A DNA stretch of 64,000 nt from assembly GCA_951406725.2 (NCBI GenBank), contig OX597818.1, positions 135,718,001 to 135,782,000 of the forward strand, read 5' to 3'. The translations under genes and the position numbers were made by a program. Of this stretch, positions 11,237 to 23,265 are shown piece after piece; the stretch's first letter is position 1; each line of letters starts with the position of its first letter. Source of the stretch: Octopus vulgaris. Lineage: Eukaryota. A model generated the notes under the pieces. It saw nothing but the letters and a program-made list of their open reading frames with translations. It did not search any database and was not told where the DNA came from.

Positions 11237-11977
11237 TATATCTCAGATAGTCACCTATGTATCATACTTTATGTATACACACTGTTGATAGATCGGTTAC
11301 TGTAGTGTTTCTCCTGAGATAACATCTGTTATAGACTTGGACTTGCTGTGTTAAAAGCACAATAAATATTAAAGAGAGAGAGAAAGAGCGAGAGAAACAA
11401 AAATTCATCCCAGCTGTGGCTAGTAAGAGCCCCAGATGCATTTCATCAGCCTTTTTGGATGCTTTTCCAAAAGCACATACTTGCAGCCAGCCACTTGCTT
11501 TGGTGAGTATTCGTTGTCTCAGATATGGAAAGAAGTGAATAATCAATTCACTGATGACGTGGAAGTTTGCATACAAGTGAGTACATGTATGTGTATGCAT
11601 GTGTGTATGTGTGTGTGTGTTTCTGCCTTGACATCACGCAATAGTTGTAAATGAGTGTCACCATTGCAAGTGATGCTGTTTGTTTCCAGTTTTCTATGGA
11701 ACCAAGTTTTTGGCTAAGGGAGGTGGTGGGGGTAAAAACAGGTGATCACTGGTGACAGAAAAGGCATCTGGTCGTAGAAAATCTGCTTGAACAAACTCCA
11801 TCTGATTCATGCAAGCATAGAAAAGTGGATGTTAAAATGATGATAATGATATTTGTAGAGAAATCATAAATGACTCACTATTGAAGGAGGGCAGGACAAG
11901 TGTCTTCAGCTATAGCTTCAGGCTGACGAAAGCCTAGTGAGTGGATTTGGTAGACAGAAACCGAAAGATGCTTGATG

Positions 11978-12009
<32 letters not shown>

Positions 12010-12012
<3 letters not shown>

Positions 12013-12167
12013 TGTGTGGTAAGTAGCTTGTTTACCAACCACATGGTTCCGGGTTCAGTCCCACTGTGTGGCACCTTGGGCAAGTGTCTTCTACTATAGC
12101 CTCAGGCCGACCAAAGCCATGTGAGTGGATTTGGTCGACGGAAACTGAAAGAAGCCCGTCGTATATA

Positions 12168-12227
<60 letters not shown>

Positions 12228-12438
12228 TGTGTGTGTTTGTATGTCTGTGTTTGTCCCCCTAGCATTGCTTGACAACCGATGCTAGTGTGTTTATGTCCCC
12301 ATTACTTAGCGGTTCGGCAAAAGAGACCGATGGAATAAGTACTGGGCTTACAAAAGAATAAGTCCCGGAGTCGAGTTGCTCGACTAAAGGCGGTGCTCCA
12401 GCATGGCCGCAGTCAAATGACTGAAACAAGTAAGAGAA
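12010..12438 (+). mobile_element. SINE family A
   Basis: Near-identical to 54-460 with an expanded (TA)n. Confidence 0.9.
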
Positions 12439-12499
12439 TATATATACACACATACACATTGTATATTTTGCACAGGCACATTGTTTTTGATTTTGTTGA

Positions 12500-13314
12500 C
12501 TACACAGTATGGTAGGGTCAGTTGGGCACCGTCTGTGAGAAAAACAGTATGATGATGCAATTCACTCTTCCTGAAATTTGGAAATGATATGATGTACTGC
12601 TTAGCATTCGCACTGGAAGCTCCAATATGAACATTTCAGTGTGTTTGGGTGTCAATCAGAGGACAATGTAATCTGAGAACATGTACTAAGAATAATAAAA
12701 ATCTAACATCCAGTCACTATCATGGTGTTTGGAGTGATCACTAGTGATCACTCCAAACACCATGATAGTGACATTATGCCTCCATTCATCTTCCCACATG
12801 GCCTCAGACACAACATCAAGTGCCTGGAGGAGGTAGTGCAGCCCAGGGTCAAGTGGGTGGCTGCTGGAAGACTCTATGTCTGGCAACAGGACTCTGCACC
12901 ATGCCACACAAGCAGGAGAACCAAGTCATGGCTGTCAGACAATTTCTGCAACCACATCACTCCTTACATCTGGCCATCTAACACCCCAGACTGCAACCCC
13001 TTTGATTATTATGTGTGGGGTGCAGTTGAGTGAGAGACCAACAAAACTCCTTGTAACACCAAAGATGAACTGAAAACAAGGATTTTGGCAGCATTCACCA
13101 ACTTAAACAAGCAGACCGTCCAGAAGCATTGCAGGAGATTCTGAAGTCATCTGGGGGCCATGGTGAAGCCAATGGCAATTTTATTGAATAAATTTACTCA
13201 TTAGTATTTCAAGATGTTTTAATGTAATTTTGGTAAAGATATCTGTTAAAATGAGATGTCAGTGTTATTTTCATTTTTGCATAATTTAGACAACAGTTTA
13301 TTCACCACACCCTG
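12500..13314 (+). pseudogene. DD37D (maT-type) transposase relic
   Basis: YVWQQDSAPCH...WPSNTPDCNPFDYYVWG has 37 residues between the second and third catalytic Asp. An in-frame stop follows. The right TIR ends caccctg|ta. Confidence 0.85.
12713..12772. repeat. Perfect 60-bp palindrome without spacer
   Basis: gtcactatcatggtgtttggagtgatcact|agtgatcactccaaacaccatgatagtgac. Confidence 0.95.
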
Positions 13315-13339
13315 TATGTATGTATATAAGTATATATAT

Positions 13340-13570
13340 ATAAAAGTGCCCGTGTAGTGTTACATAAAGGCACCCTGCATAATCTGTAAAGTGGTTGGTG
13401 TTAGGAAGGGCATCCAGATGTAGAAACTATGCCAAATCAGACTGGAATTTGGTGCAGCTTGCTAGCCCTGGTCAAACCATCCAACCCATGCCAGAATGGA
13501 CAACAGATGTTAAGTCATGATGATGATGATGGTGGTGGTGATGATGATAATGATGATGATGGTGATGATG
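13340..13570 (+). mobile_element. RTE LINE 3'-end copy
   Basis: Conserved 3' UTR and (GAT)n tail. Confidence 0.75.
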
Positions 13571-13705
13571 CTATATGTGTATTCTCTGTGTCGCCCCCCC
13601 TGCTTGACAATGGGTATTGGTTTGTTTATGTCCCCATAACTTCGCAGTTGAGTAAAAAAGACCAGTATAATAAGTACCAGGTTTAAAAGAAAAAGTACTT
13701 GGGGG

Positions 13706-14080
13706 TGTAAAGTATAGAAGCCATCTTATCATGGCTAACCACATTGGGGAGGGGGTATTACTGTAGCTTTATAGCCCCAAGAGATCTTCGTCTCTAGCTG
13801 GCTTTAGACACAATATCTGTGTCCTTGGAGTATTTGCAAAGGGAGGCCATCCCTTCCTCACAAGCCTGAGTGATACGCTCGAACTAGTTTCGGGATTGTT
13901 GTCCCTCGTCAACGGGCGGTAACCACCAGGTAGCGATGAAAGAGAAGGCTCCTTTGCAAATAGATATAAGTTTTTCTAATGGCGTCTGCCACTGATGTCG
14001 AAAAACGAACAGTAAGCATAATTAAATCTCAGAATGAGATTGAAACAGTAATCGCTCGATAATGTAAAGTATAGAAGCCA
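13706..14080 (-). mobile_element. HHR-bearing 357-bp non-coding unit with 18-bp terminal redundancy (retrozyme-like)
   Basis: tgtaaagtatagaagcca occurs at 13706-13723 and 14063-14080. The unit sits in a SINE tail that lacks this 18-mer. An HHR lies at 13876-13918. Confidence 0.65.
13876..13918 (-). ncRNA. Minimal type I hammerhead ribozyme (C3U variant)
   Basis: Minus strand reads cgcccg TTGACGA GGGA-caacaa-TCCC GAA ACTAGT T^ cgagcg, with palindromic stem III ACTAGT. Confidence 0.7.
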
Positions 14081-14371
14081 ACAAGTTAGTGCCCCATCTT
14101 GGCTGCAGTATAATGACTGAAACAAGTAAAAGATACTGAGATACAACCCAAATGAATAAAGAAGAAGTGTCCAAGTGACATGGTCAGGAAGACATAAAGT
14201 GATATCATATATTCTAGTAGTTATAAATCTGCCTTGTAAAAGAAAACGTTTTTTATGACTCTTGAGACAACCAGTGCCATTGTTGACATCACTGTCGTAG
14301 CTGTCACTATTGGTAACTCTATCATTGAACTATCTCTATTAATCATAACCCCCAACCATGGTAACAACAAG

Positions 14372-14391
14372 TACTGCTGCTGCTACTGCTG

Positions 14392-14440
<49 letters not shown>

Positions 14441-14492
14441 TACTACTACCACCACCACCACCACCACCACCACTACTACTACTGCCGCTGCA

Positions 14493-14566
<74 letters not shown>

Positions 14567-14600
14567 CACCACCACCACCACTACTACTACTGCCGCTGCA

Positions 14601-14686
<86 letters not shown>

Positions 14687-14757
14687 CACTACTACTACCA
14701 CCACCACCACCACCACCACCACTGCTGCTGCTGCTGCTGCAACTACTGCTGCTGCTG

Positions 14758-14836
<79 letters not shown>

Positions 14837-14992
14837 TGCTGGTACTACTACTGCTGTTACTGCCACCACTACTGCTGCTGTTACTGCTACCACTGGTGCT
14901 GCTGTTGTTGCTATGCCACTTCTACTATTTCTCATTCCGCTACCACCACCTCTGCTTTTATAATCACAACGATTGCTATGGTTACTACAACT

Positions 14993-15023
<31 letters not shown>

Positions 15024-15115
15024 GCTGTTGCTATGCTGCTTCTACTACTTCTAATACCATTACTACCACCTCTGCTTTAATAATCACAACCACTGCTAAT
15101 GCTACTACCGCTGCA

Positions 15116-15202
<87 letters not shown>

Positions 15203-15221
15203 ACTACTACTACTACTACTG

Positions 15222-15269
<48 letters not shown>

Positions 15270-15270
15270 G
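14372..15270. repeat. Compound trinucleotide microsatellite (CTA/CCA/CTG)n
   Basis: Seen directly. It produces spurious poly-Y/T/H/V ORFs. Confidence 0.95.
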
Positions 15271-15596
15271 TTCATTCACAAACACTGCCATAGTAATTAC
15301 AAGTACTTCCATACTACAGGGCACCTGTAGCTCTATCCCTGTTACCATTAATATTACAGCCCCTACCACCTACACCTCCACTATCACCACCAACCACTAC
15401 CGCCACTGTTATCATCAACACTGTCACCACCTTCCTCTTACCACCACAACCACCTCTACTACTAAAATCATCATCGGATCCTAAATGGTATGCCCAGGTA
15501 ACAAGACTCCAGGAGCCTTATAAAGACCATTCTTTAAGGAGCTGAGGAAGAAGGAAAAGAAGGATGTGGGTTGACAGCATTGAAGATGGAGGTGGA

Positions 15597-15905
15597 TGGA
15601 AGCACTCCGTCGGTTACGACGATGAGGGTTCCGGTTGATCCAAATCAACGGAACAGCCTGCTCGTGAAAATTGACGTGTAAGTGGCTGAGCACTCCACTG
15701 ACACGTGCACCCTTAACGTAGTTCTCGGGGATATTCAGCGTGACACAGAGAGTGACAAGGCCGGCCCCTTGAAATACAGGTACAACAGAAATAGGAAGTA
15801 AGAGTGAGAGAAAGTTGTGGTGAAAGAGTACAGCAGGGATCACCACCCCCTGCCGGAGCCTCGTGGAGCTTTTAGGTGTTTTTGCTCAATAAACACTCAC
15901 AACGA
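15597..15905 (-). mobile_element. SINE family C, 5'-truncated
   Basis: Nearly identical to 63297-63605. Confidence 0.85.
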
Positions 15906-16077
15906 CAAGAACATATTCAGTAATAGGCATGGCTGTGCCGCTAAGATGTTTGCTTCACAATTATGTGGTTTTGGGTTCAGTCCCATTACACAGCACCTTG
16001 GGCATGTTTTTAACTATAATCTCAGGTTTACAAAAGCCTTGTGAATGGATTTAGTTGATGAAAACTGAAAGATTCCT

Positions 16078-16330
16078 GGCATCAGATGTAGTGAGCAAGA
16101 GAGAAGACTGTGCTGGTACAGTCATGTAATGCATATAGATGAGGGAACATGTAGAAGGGGTAGGCCAAGAAAAATGTGGGACAAAGTGGTGAGAAAGGAT
16201 TTTCGGATGTGGGCCTTACAGAAGGGATGACAAGGGACCAAGACCTCTGGTAGTTTGCTCTGCTTGAGAAGACATATCAAACTAAGTAAAATGAGGTTGC
16301 CCTTGTACACAGGCTTGTCCCCTACATCCC
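16078..16330 (+). mobile_element. RTE ORF C-terminal fragment
   Basis: IRCSEQERRLCWYSHVMHIDEGTCRRGRPRKMWD. Confidence 0.7.
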
Positions 16331-16369
16331 CTACATAATAAATGTAATCTACAACCCCTACATATTTTT

Positions 16370-16833
16370 CCAGCTGAGTGATTCTAAACTTGTGGGCTCA
16401 TTATTAGAGGATATGCAGATTAGTTACAGTTCAGTGAAGTCCATTATCACTCAAGATTTGGGTATGAGATATGTGTCTGTCACATTTGTGCCAAAAATGC
16501 TTTCAACTGACCAAAAATACACTCAGGTTTCAGTTGCACAAGATCTTCATTGTATCAAGAATGACAAAAACGTTTTGAAAACTTTGCATAGGCCTCTGAG
16601 CAGGTATCACCAAGCTTTTTGCAAAATTTGATCCAGATTCTCTGCTAAACTTCCTCTGTCATGGTCAATGTGGCAATCATATGCTACATACATTCCTTCT
16701 AAGCACTGCTGTAAACAGCGGAAGTGAGCTAGAATATAAAACAAGGTCTATCTGTGCCAAGCAACTTCACTCAGCATGCTTTAGCTTTGTCACTATGGCA
16801 ACAGTCCAAATACTTATTGATCAGCCCTTGTAT
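16370..16833 (+). pseudogene. mariner transposase relic
   Basis: ISYSSVKSIITQDLGMRYVSVTFVPKMLSTDQK matches the second HTH and the WVP(R/H)xL-equivalent motif. TIR-like end acttattgatcagcccttg|ta. Confidence 0.7.
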
Positions 16834-17018
16834 ACACACACATATATATATTAATGTCTGTTTTCATGTTTAGTTATAATTATAATAAAAATAATTGTAC
16901 ATTAATCTGAGGAGGTTACTCTATACTTTTGTAGAGTACAAGTTTATTCTCAAACAAGAATATTGTTGACAGTAACTTTGAAGTTTCAATCAGTTCAGCT
17001 GTCATACATATATTTATG

Positions 17019-17490
17019 TCATCATCATCATCATCATTGTCGTTTAACATCTGCTTCCCATGCTAGCATGGGTTGGACAATTTGACTGAAGTCTGGCGAA
17101 CCAGATGGCTGCACCAGACTCCAATCTGATCTGGCAGAGTTTCTACAGCTGGATGCCCTTCCTAATGCCAACCACTCCGAGAGTGTAGTGGGTGCTTTTA
17201 CGTGCCAGTGAGGCGGTACTGGCAATGGCCACGCTCAAATGGTGCTTTTTATGTGCCACCTGCACAGTAGCCAGTCCAGCGGCACTAGCAACGACCTCGC
17301 TTGAATGTTTTTTCAAGTGCTAGTGCTAGTAGGCGATGCAGGTAACAATCACGCTTGAATGGTGTTTTTAATGGTGTTTTTAACATGCCATCAGCTCAGA
17401 GGCCAGCTTGTTGCTCTGGTCCCAATCTCACTCGTATGGTTCTCTTAGTGCTCCCCTAGCACGGATGCCAGTCATCGAATTTGATTTCAA
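17019..17490 (-). mobile_element. RTE LINE 3'-end copy
   Basis: (CAT)n, conserved 3' UTR and diverged tandem units. Confidence 0.8.
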
Positions 17491-17924
17491 TATAAGTAAC
17501 AAATGATAGAAACAGAAAATGGAATACACAAGAAAATTTATTGCTCACAACAATCATTTCAACCTATCCTGCATTGATCCCTCACAGATGGGTTTCTGTA
17601 CAACTGGTTGTGGTACATCCCTCAATGCAGAAGTGTCTCATCAAGTGATTTTACAAGGGGTGTCTCATTAAATGAACTTTATTTTGTTTAGTTTTAAAAC
17701 AGCCTGCTGTTAGTGACCATAGGTTTAAGCCCTTGGGAAGGAATGTGTGTGTGTGTGCATGTGTGTGTTTGCACCTTCTTATCTTGTTTGCATCTTCTTA
17801 TCTTGATATTTTTTGCATCCTCTTATCTTGATATTGTATGCTAATTGTAAACAAATGTCACCATCATACAATAGGTGTTGTTTGCAATTTTTCATGAAAG
17901 CATTTCTGGCTATCGCCTCTCTAG

Positions 17925-18528
17925 CTATTAGTTGCTGTGTGCAAGAGAGAAGACTGCACTGGTTTGGTCATGTGATGCAGAGGGATGCCAACAGCTCCAC
18001 AAAGAAGTGCTGATTTCCCAAATTGGATGGAACACATGGAAGTGGAACACCTAGGAAGACATGGAATGAACTACTGAAGAACGTTCTCAAGAAGCTGAAC
18101 CTTTCAGGCAAGATGACAAAGGACTGAGATACCTGGTGCCTACCCCCAGCAGAAGTGCTAAGACCAATCCTTCTGGTAGTGTAAAGCACTCCGGGCAGTG
18201 CCACATAAAAGTGCCCGTGCTGTGCCATGCGAAAGCACTGATGCTGCAATACATAAAAGCGCCTGTACAGCATCTCATAAAAGTGCCTGTGTGGTGCCAC
18301 ATAAAAGTACCTGTGCAGTGTCACATAAAAATGCCCCATGCAGTGTCATGTAAAAGCACCCAGCACACTCTGTAAAGTGGTTGGCATTAGGAAGGGCATC
18401 CAGCCTTAGAAACCATGCCAAATCAGACTGGAGTCTGGCACAGTTCTCCAGCTTGCCAGCTTTGGTCACACCATCCAACCCATGCCAGTATGGACAATGG
18501 ACATTAAATGATGATGATGATGATGATG
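17925..18528 (+). mobile_element. 5'-truncated RTE LINE (ORF end, 3' UTR and 27-bp tandem units)
   Basis: CVQERRLHWFGHVMQ...GTPRKTWNE, then (ataaaagtgcctgtg...)n, the conserved UTR and (GAT)n. Confidence 0.8.
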
Positions 18529-18677
18529 TACTGTTTGAGTTCTAGGAATGAGGAGAAATACTACCATGCTTAGAAACGGGTGAGAATTTAGTAACAGGAA
18601 GAGTGTCTTGACAACGAAAAAATTAGCCTCAATGAGTTTTGTCTGAATCAGGCAAACATTGAAAAGGGGACATTAAA

Positions 18678-18982
18678 ATGATGATTATGACAATAATGAT
18701 GATGACAATGGCAATGATGATGATAATTGACAACAACGATGAAGATGATGTTAACAACGGCGATGACGACAACGACGACGAAAGATTATGTTAACAAGGA
18801 TGATGATCACAACGACAACAGCAATGATGATGATGATGGTGATGATGACGACCATGACAGTGATGACAAAGACAACAATGGTAACAACGATGCCAATGTC
18901 AATAGTGATGATAAAGATGACGATGACAACGACAATGACGATAATGATGATGATGATGATGATGACAGTGATGGTGCCGATA
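18678..18982. repeat. Degenerate (GAT/GAC/AAC)n microsatellite
   Basis: Seen directly. Confidence 0.9.
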
Positions 18983-20084
18983 ACTACATTGGAATGCCTT
19001 CACAGAAAGTAAAACACTGAGAAATTTTTACTCAATGACCTTTGAGATTCCCTCAGTGCATTCGTTATTACCCATGCACTTGGAAATGTGCTTCTGTTTT
19101 TCTCATTTGTATTGTCATCCAGTGTAAATATACAGAAGATTGGTCAGTGCCTCAGAACTTTTGCTGTGACAAGTTCTATATGTTTAAACACCTGCCACAG
19201 TTTTTGTTAATTATATATATATTGGCACAAGCGTGGCTGCGTGGTAAGAAGTTTGCTTTTCAGCTACACAGTTTCAGGTTCAGTCTCATTGCATGATACC
19301 TTGGGCAAGTGTCTTCTACTGTAGCCTTGAGCTGACCAAAGCCTTGTGAGTGGATCTGGTAGATGGAAAGTGAAAGAAACCCATCATCTTTGTGTCTGTG
19401 TTTGTCCCCCACTACTGCTTGACAACCAGTGTTGGTGTGTTTACATCCCCATAACTTAGTGCTTCAGCAAAAGATATCTGATAAAGAGCACACATTTTTA
19501 TTTGTGTCAGCCATTAACCAGGAACTTTGTCAGCCGTTAACCAGGAACAACGTAATCTTTACCCTTTCTTGCTTTTTGTTAGCAGAATGCACAGCTTACA
19601 TATTACCAACTACCAGCGAGCCACCAACACATCATTACTATTGTTGAATGTATGTATATTTAGCCCTTTTGATAGCAACTTACTCAAGACCACCTCTGGT
19701 TCTATGATACAGATTTCCTGTTTCATAATAGTCTCTAAATGAAAACCTTCAATCAAAGTTTTATTTTAACATATGTTCCAAACGTCAACTTAATAACCAC
19801 TAAGTTATTTCACTAAATTCTTCATCATTTTCAAAATCAATTGAAACAGAGGCAACATATTTCAACTGAAATAGTTAATGCATGCTCATGTTGAAAAGTC
19901 TATGATAATAATGTATTTATATTACTGTCAATATCGTGTTTGTAGAGTGGCTGTGTGGTAAGTAGCTTGCTAACCAACCACATGGTTCATGTTTTATTCT
20001 TACTGGACCCTCATAGCCAGTGTTTAAAAATCCTATTATATTTTTATAATTAAATATTATTAGGAGTTGTATAAAAAAAATTAA

Positions 20085-20481
20085 GGAGTGGCTGTGTGGT
20101 AAGTAGCTTGTTTACCAACCACATGGTTCCAGGTTCAGTCCCACTGCATGGCACCTTGGGCAAGTGTCTTCTACTATAGCTTCGGGCCGACCAATGCCTT
20201 GTGAGTGGATTTGGTAGACGGAAACTGAAAGAAGCCTGTCGTATATATGTATATATATATGTGTATGTGTGTGTGTTTGTTCCCCTTAGCATTTCTTGAC
20301 AACCGATGCTGGTGTGTTTACGTCCCCGTTACTTAGCAGTTCGGCAAAAGAGACCGATAGAATAAGTACTGGGCTTACAAAGAATAAGTCCCGGGGTCGA
20401 TTTGCTCGACTAAAGGCGGTGCTCCAGCATGGCCGCAGTCAAATGACTGAAACAAGTAAAAGAGTAAAAGAGTAAAAGAGT
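20085..20481 (+). mobile_element. SINE family A
   Basis: Full head-to-tail copy ending (agtaaaag)n. Confidence 0.9.
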
Positions 20482-21059
20482 AGAATGTGTGTTATATAAT
20501 GAGGAAACCTTTTTTGTAATCACCCTTAAATCTTCCTCTCTGTAAATTTTCATTAGGTAAAGGGAAAGTTCAGTATTGATGTCAGTATTGGTATTGCCCA
20601 GTTCAGTTCTTATGACCTATTAATTACTTATGTTAATATCACCAATTGAATGCCAGTGTTTTAAAAGTACATATTAACCAATGATGCATTGCCTTTTCTA
20701 GCCAAACTGTTAGAGTGACTGAAGATGCTGGAAAATCAATAGATGTAAAGAAAAGCGAAAATTAAGTGTAGATGTACTTTTAATGTATTTAGCAAACAAT
20801 GATTGAGTGTATGATCAGTGTGGATTCAGCTTGCCTGATAAAATGGCTTCAGGCTATATAATTGACTGAGTTTAATATGGTTTTAACATATATAGTTGCT
20901 CTATTATGAAACAGGAAATCTGTGCAATCAAAAGGGCTAAATATACATGCATTCAACAATAGTAATGATGTGTTGGTCGCTCGCTGGTAGTTGGTCCGAA
21001 TGCTTAGAGCAGTGAATTTCACTAAACGCAATCAAGGACCATGGTGATGATATTATATG

Positions 21060-21368
21060 TTTCTTTATTACCCACAAGGGGCTAAACATAGAGAGGACAA
21101 ACATTATTACCCACAAGGGGCTAAACATAGAGAGGACAAACATTATTACCCACAAGGGGCTAAACATAGAGGGGACAAACAAGGACAGACAAACGAATTA
21201 ATTTGATTACATCGACCCCAGTGCATAACTGGTACTTAATTTATCGACCTCGAAAGGATGAAAGGCAAAGTCAACCTTGGCGGAATTTGAACTCAGAATG
21301 TAACGGCAGACGAAATATGGCTACGCATTTCGCCTGGCGTGCTATCGTTTCTGCCAGCTCGCTGCCTT
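21060..21368 (-). mobile_element. SINE family B with triplicated 39-bp 3' segment
   Basis: Reverse complement of 22654-22885. ttattacccacaaggggctaaacatagag(a/g)ggacaaaca occurs three times. Confidence 0.85.
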
Positions 21369-22653
21369 TCATGGTGATGATTTTATAGTTAATCTCCAAA
21401 TCAGCCATGATCTAGCTATTATCTATGATCAAAGGGTTTGAAAGTGTAACCAGTCCTTTTTTTTTTTCTTCTGATATAATGTATCTGAGGCTAAATCCTC
21501 TACTGTGCCATTCAGCTTTTTAAGACAACTGGGTATGATATAAAAAAAAATTGTCTGCTGTTTCTAGCAAGTGGAGTAACCCTGTAGAGGCTTCTCCATT
21601 GGCTTCTTGTAAAACTGAATGGTGTGAACCAAATGCAAACACAAAATTGCATGTTTGTCTTAAGAAAGCTTCTCATATAGATGTATAGTGCTGAAAAGCA
21701 CAGAAATGTATCAGTAGAAGATGAAAAATGTCCAGCAGTGGTGGTAGAATTGTTCAATTTGAATTTCTACGTCTTTGCACCTCATCAGTAGCAAGTTTCC
21801 ACTATCAACTGTATGCCTAGGCAAATTTAGCCTGTACTGATATAGAAAAACAATGATTGACAAATCACTAGTGTCATAAATTGGTGGTGACCTGAGTAAA
21901 AGTTCATTACTCATCTATAAAACATATATAGTGCTGCTGCAGAATGACGTGTGAGTTTTTAGCAAGACAGCATTGCTAACAGAAAGACTTGATTTACAAT
22001 TGTTATAGCTCACCAGTTTCTGCTTAAGTAATAAATTACAGCAATGTTGAAATTGTTTCTGAATTTACAAATGGGTGAGTTATTTTGCAGATGTAAAGTG
22101 AAGCCAGTCTATGAGGTAAATTGGTAGGTGATAAGAATGGCATCCGACTTTAAAACCTTTACTAAAATACAGAAGGTTCAAAAAGTGAAAAAGTAGAAAG
22201 AAGTTTTTTGACTTAATGCAAACAACTGCTCTCTAATGCCAGGGTACAATAGAATGCATTTAATCCACACTTTAAAATGGTTGGTAATAGAATAGTCATT
22301 CAACTGTAAAAAATATACCCATAATAAAATAACATACATTAACAAAGTTTCCCAGTATTTTCCCTTGTTGTTGTGTGTGCCAGAAAGTGAAGACTGCAAT
22401 AAGTAGTAAAATGCTGTGGGTTGTGTCTAACCCATGCCAACATGGAGAAATGGACTTTAAATGACAATGGTGGTGGTGAAATTGATGTCAGCACACTTCA
22501 TCAAACCACTCGTCCAAGCGCCAGACCTAGGGTAGAAATGGATTTTGGTTTCTGCGTGAGAATCTCTTCGGTCCTTTGACAAGCCTTTTTAATACTGCAG
22601 TGTACCCATACATCCTGCTGAGCGGGTGAACAGGAAGTGGTAATCATTGACCA

Positions 22654-22885
22654 AAGGCGGCGAGCTGGCAGAAACGTTAGCACGCTGGGCGAAATGCTTA
22701 GCAGTATTTCATCTGCGTTACGTTGTGAGTTCAAATTCCGCCGAGGTCGACTTTGCCTTTCATCCTTTCGGGGTCGATAAATTAAGTACCAGTTATGCAC
22801 TGGGGTCGATGTAATCGACTTAATACCTATGTCAGTCCTTGTTTGTCCCCTCTGTGTTTAGCCCCTTGTGGGTAATAAAGAAATA
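22654..22885 (+). mobile_element. tRNA-derived SINE family B with 15-bp TSD
   Basis: aaggcggcgagctggcagaa...gagttcaaattcc...tcatcctttcggggtcgataaa. TSD ggtaatcattg(a/g)cca at 22639-22653 and 22886-22900. Confidence 0.9.
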
Positions 22886-23029
22886 GGTAATCATTGGCCA
22901 CCTCATCATGAGACAAGTTGTACTGAGTTACATTGTACAACATGGAGAAATGGACTAACCTGACCTTCATTTCACCAAACATTGACTAGAAACTAAAAGG
23001 TATATTTTTTCTTCTTTCAATTACATCAA

Positions 23030-23260
23030 GACATAACATATATCACACTGAGATATATACAGACACACTATATATCACTTTTAAATATACAAACACACAA
23101 TATATTTCATTGAGATCTACAGACACACTATATACCTCACTGAAGTATATGGATACTGAAGTATATGTCTGAGATATGCAGACACATCATATATTTCATT
23201 GATATCTACAGCCACACCATATATATCATTAAGATATAGGGACACACCATATATCACATT
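23030..23260. repeat. Minisatellite with unit of about 30 bp
   Basis: Repeated atatatcactgagatatatacagacacac-like units. Confidence 0.8.
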
Positions 23261-23265
23261 AATTA

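Noticed and set aside
10003-13314. Fanzor/TnpB cargo in the Tc1/mariner relics
   Set aside because: Only DD37D transposase remnants are present. No RuvC or zinc-finger motifs and no extra ORF were seen.
14255-15484. 409-aa and overlapping long ORFs
   Set aside because: They arise from stop-free trinucleotide repeats and have no domain content.
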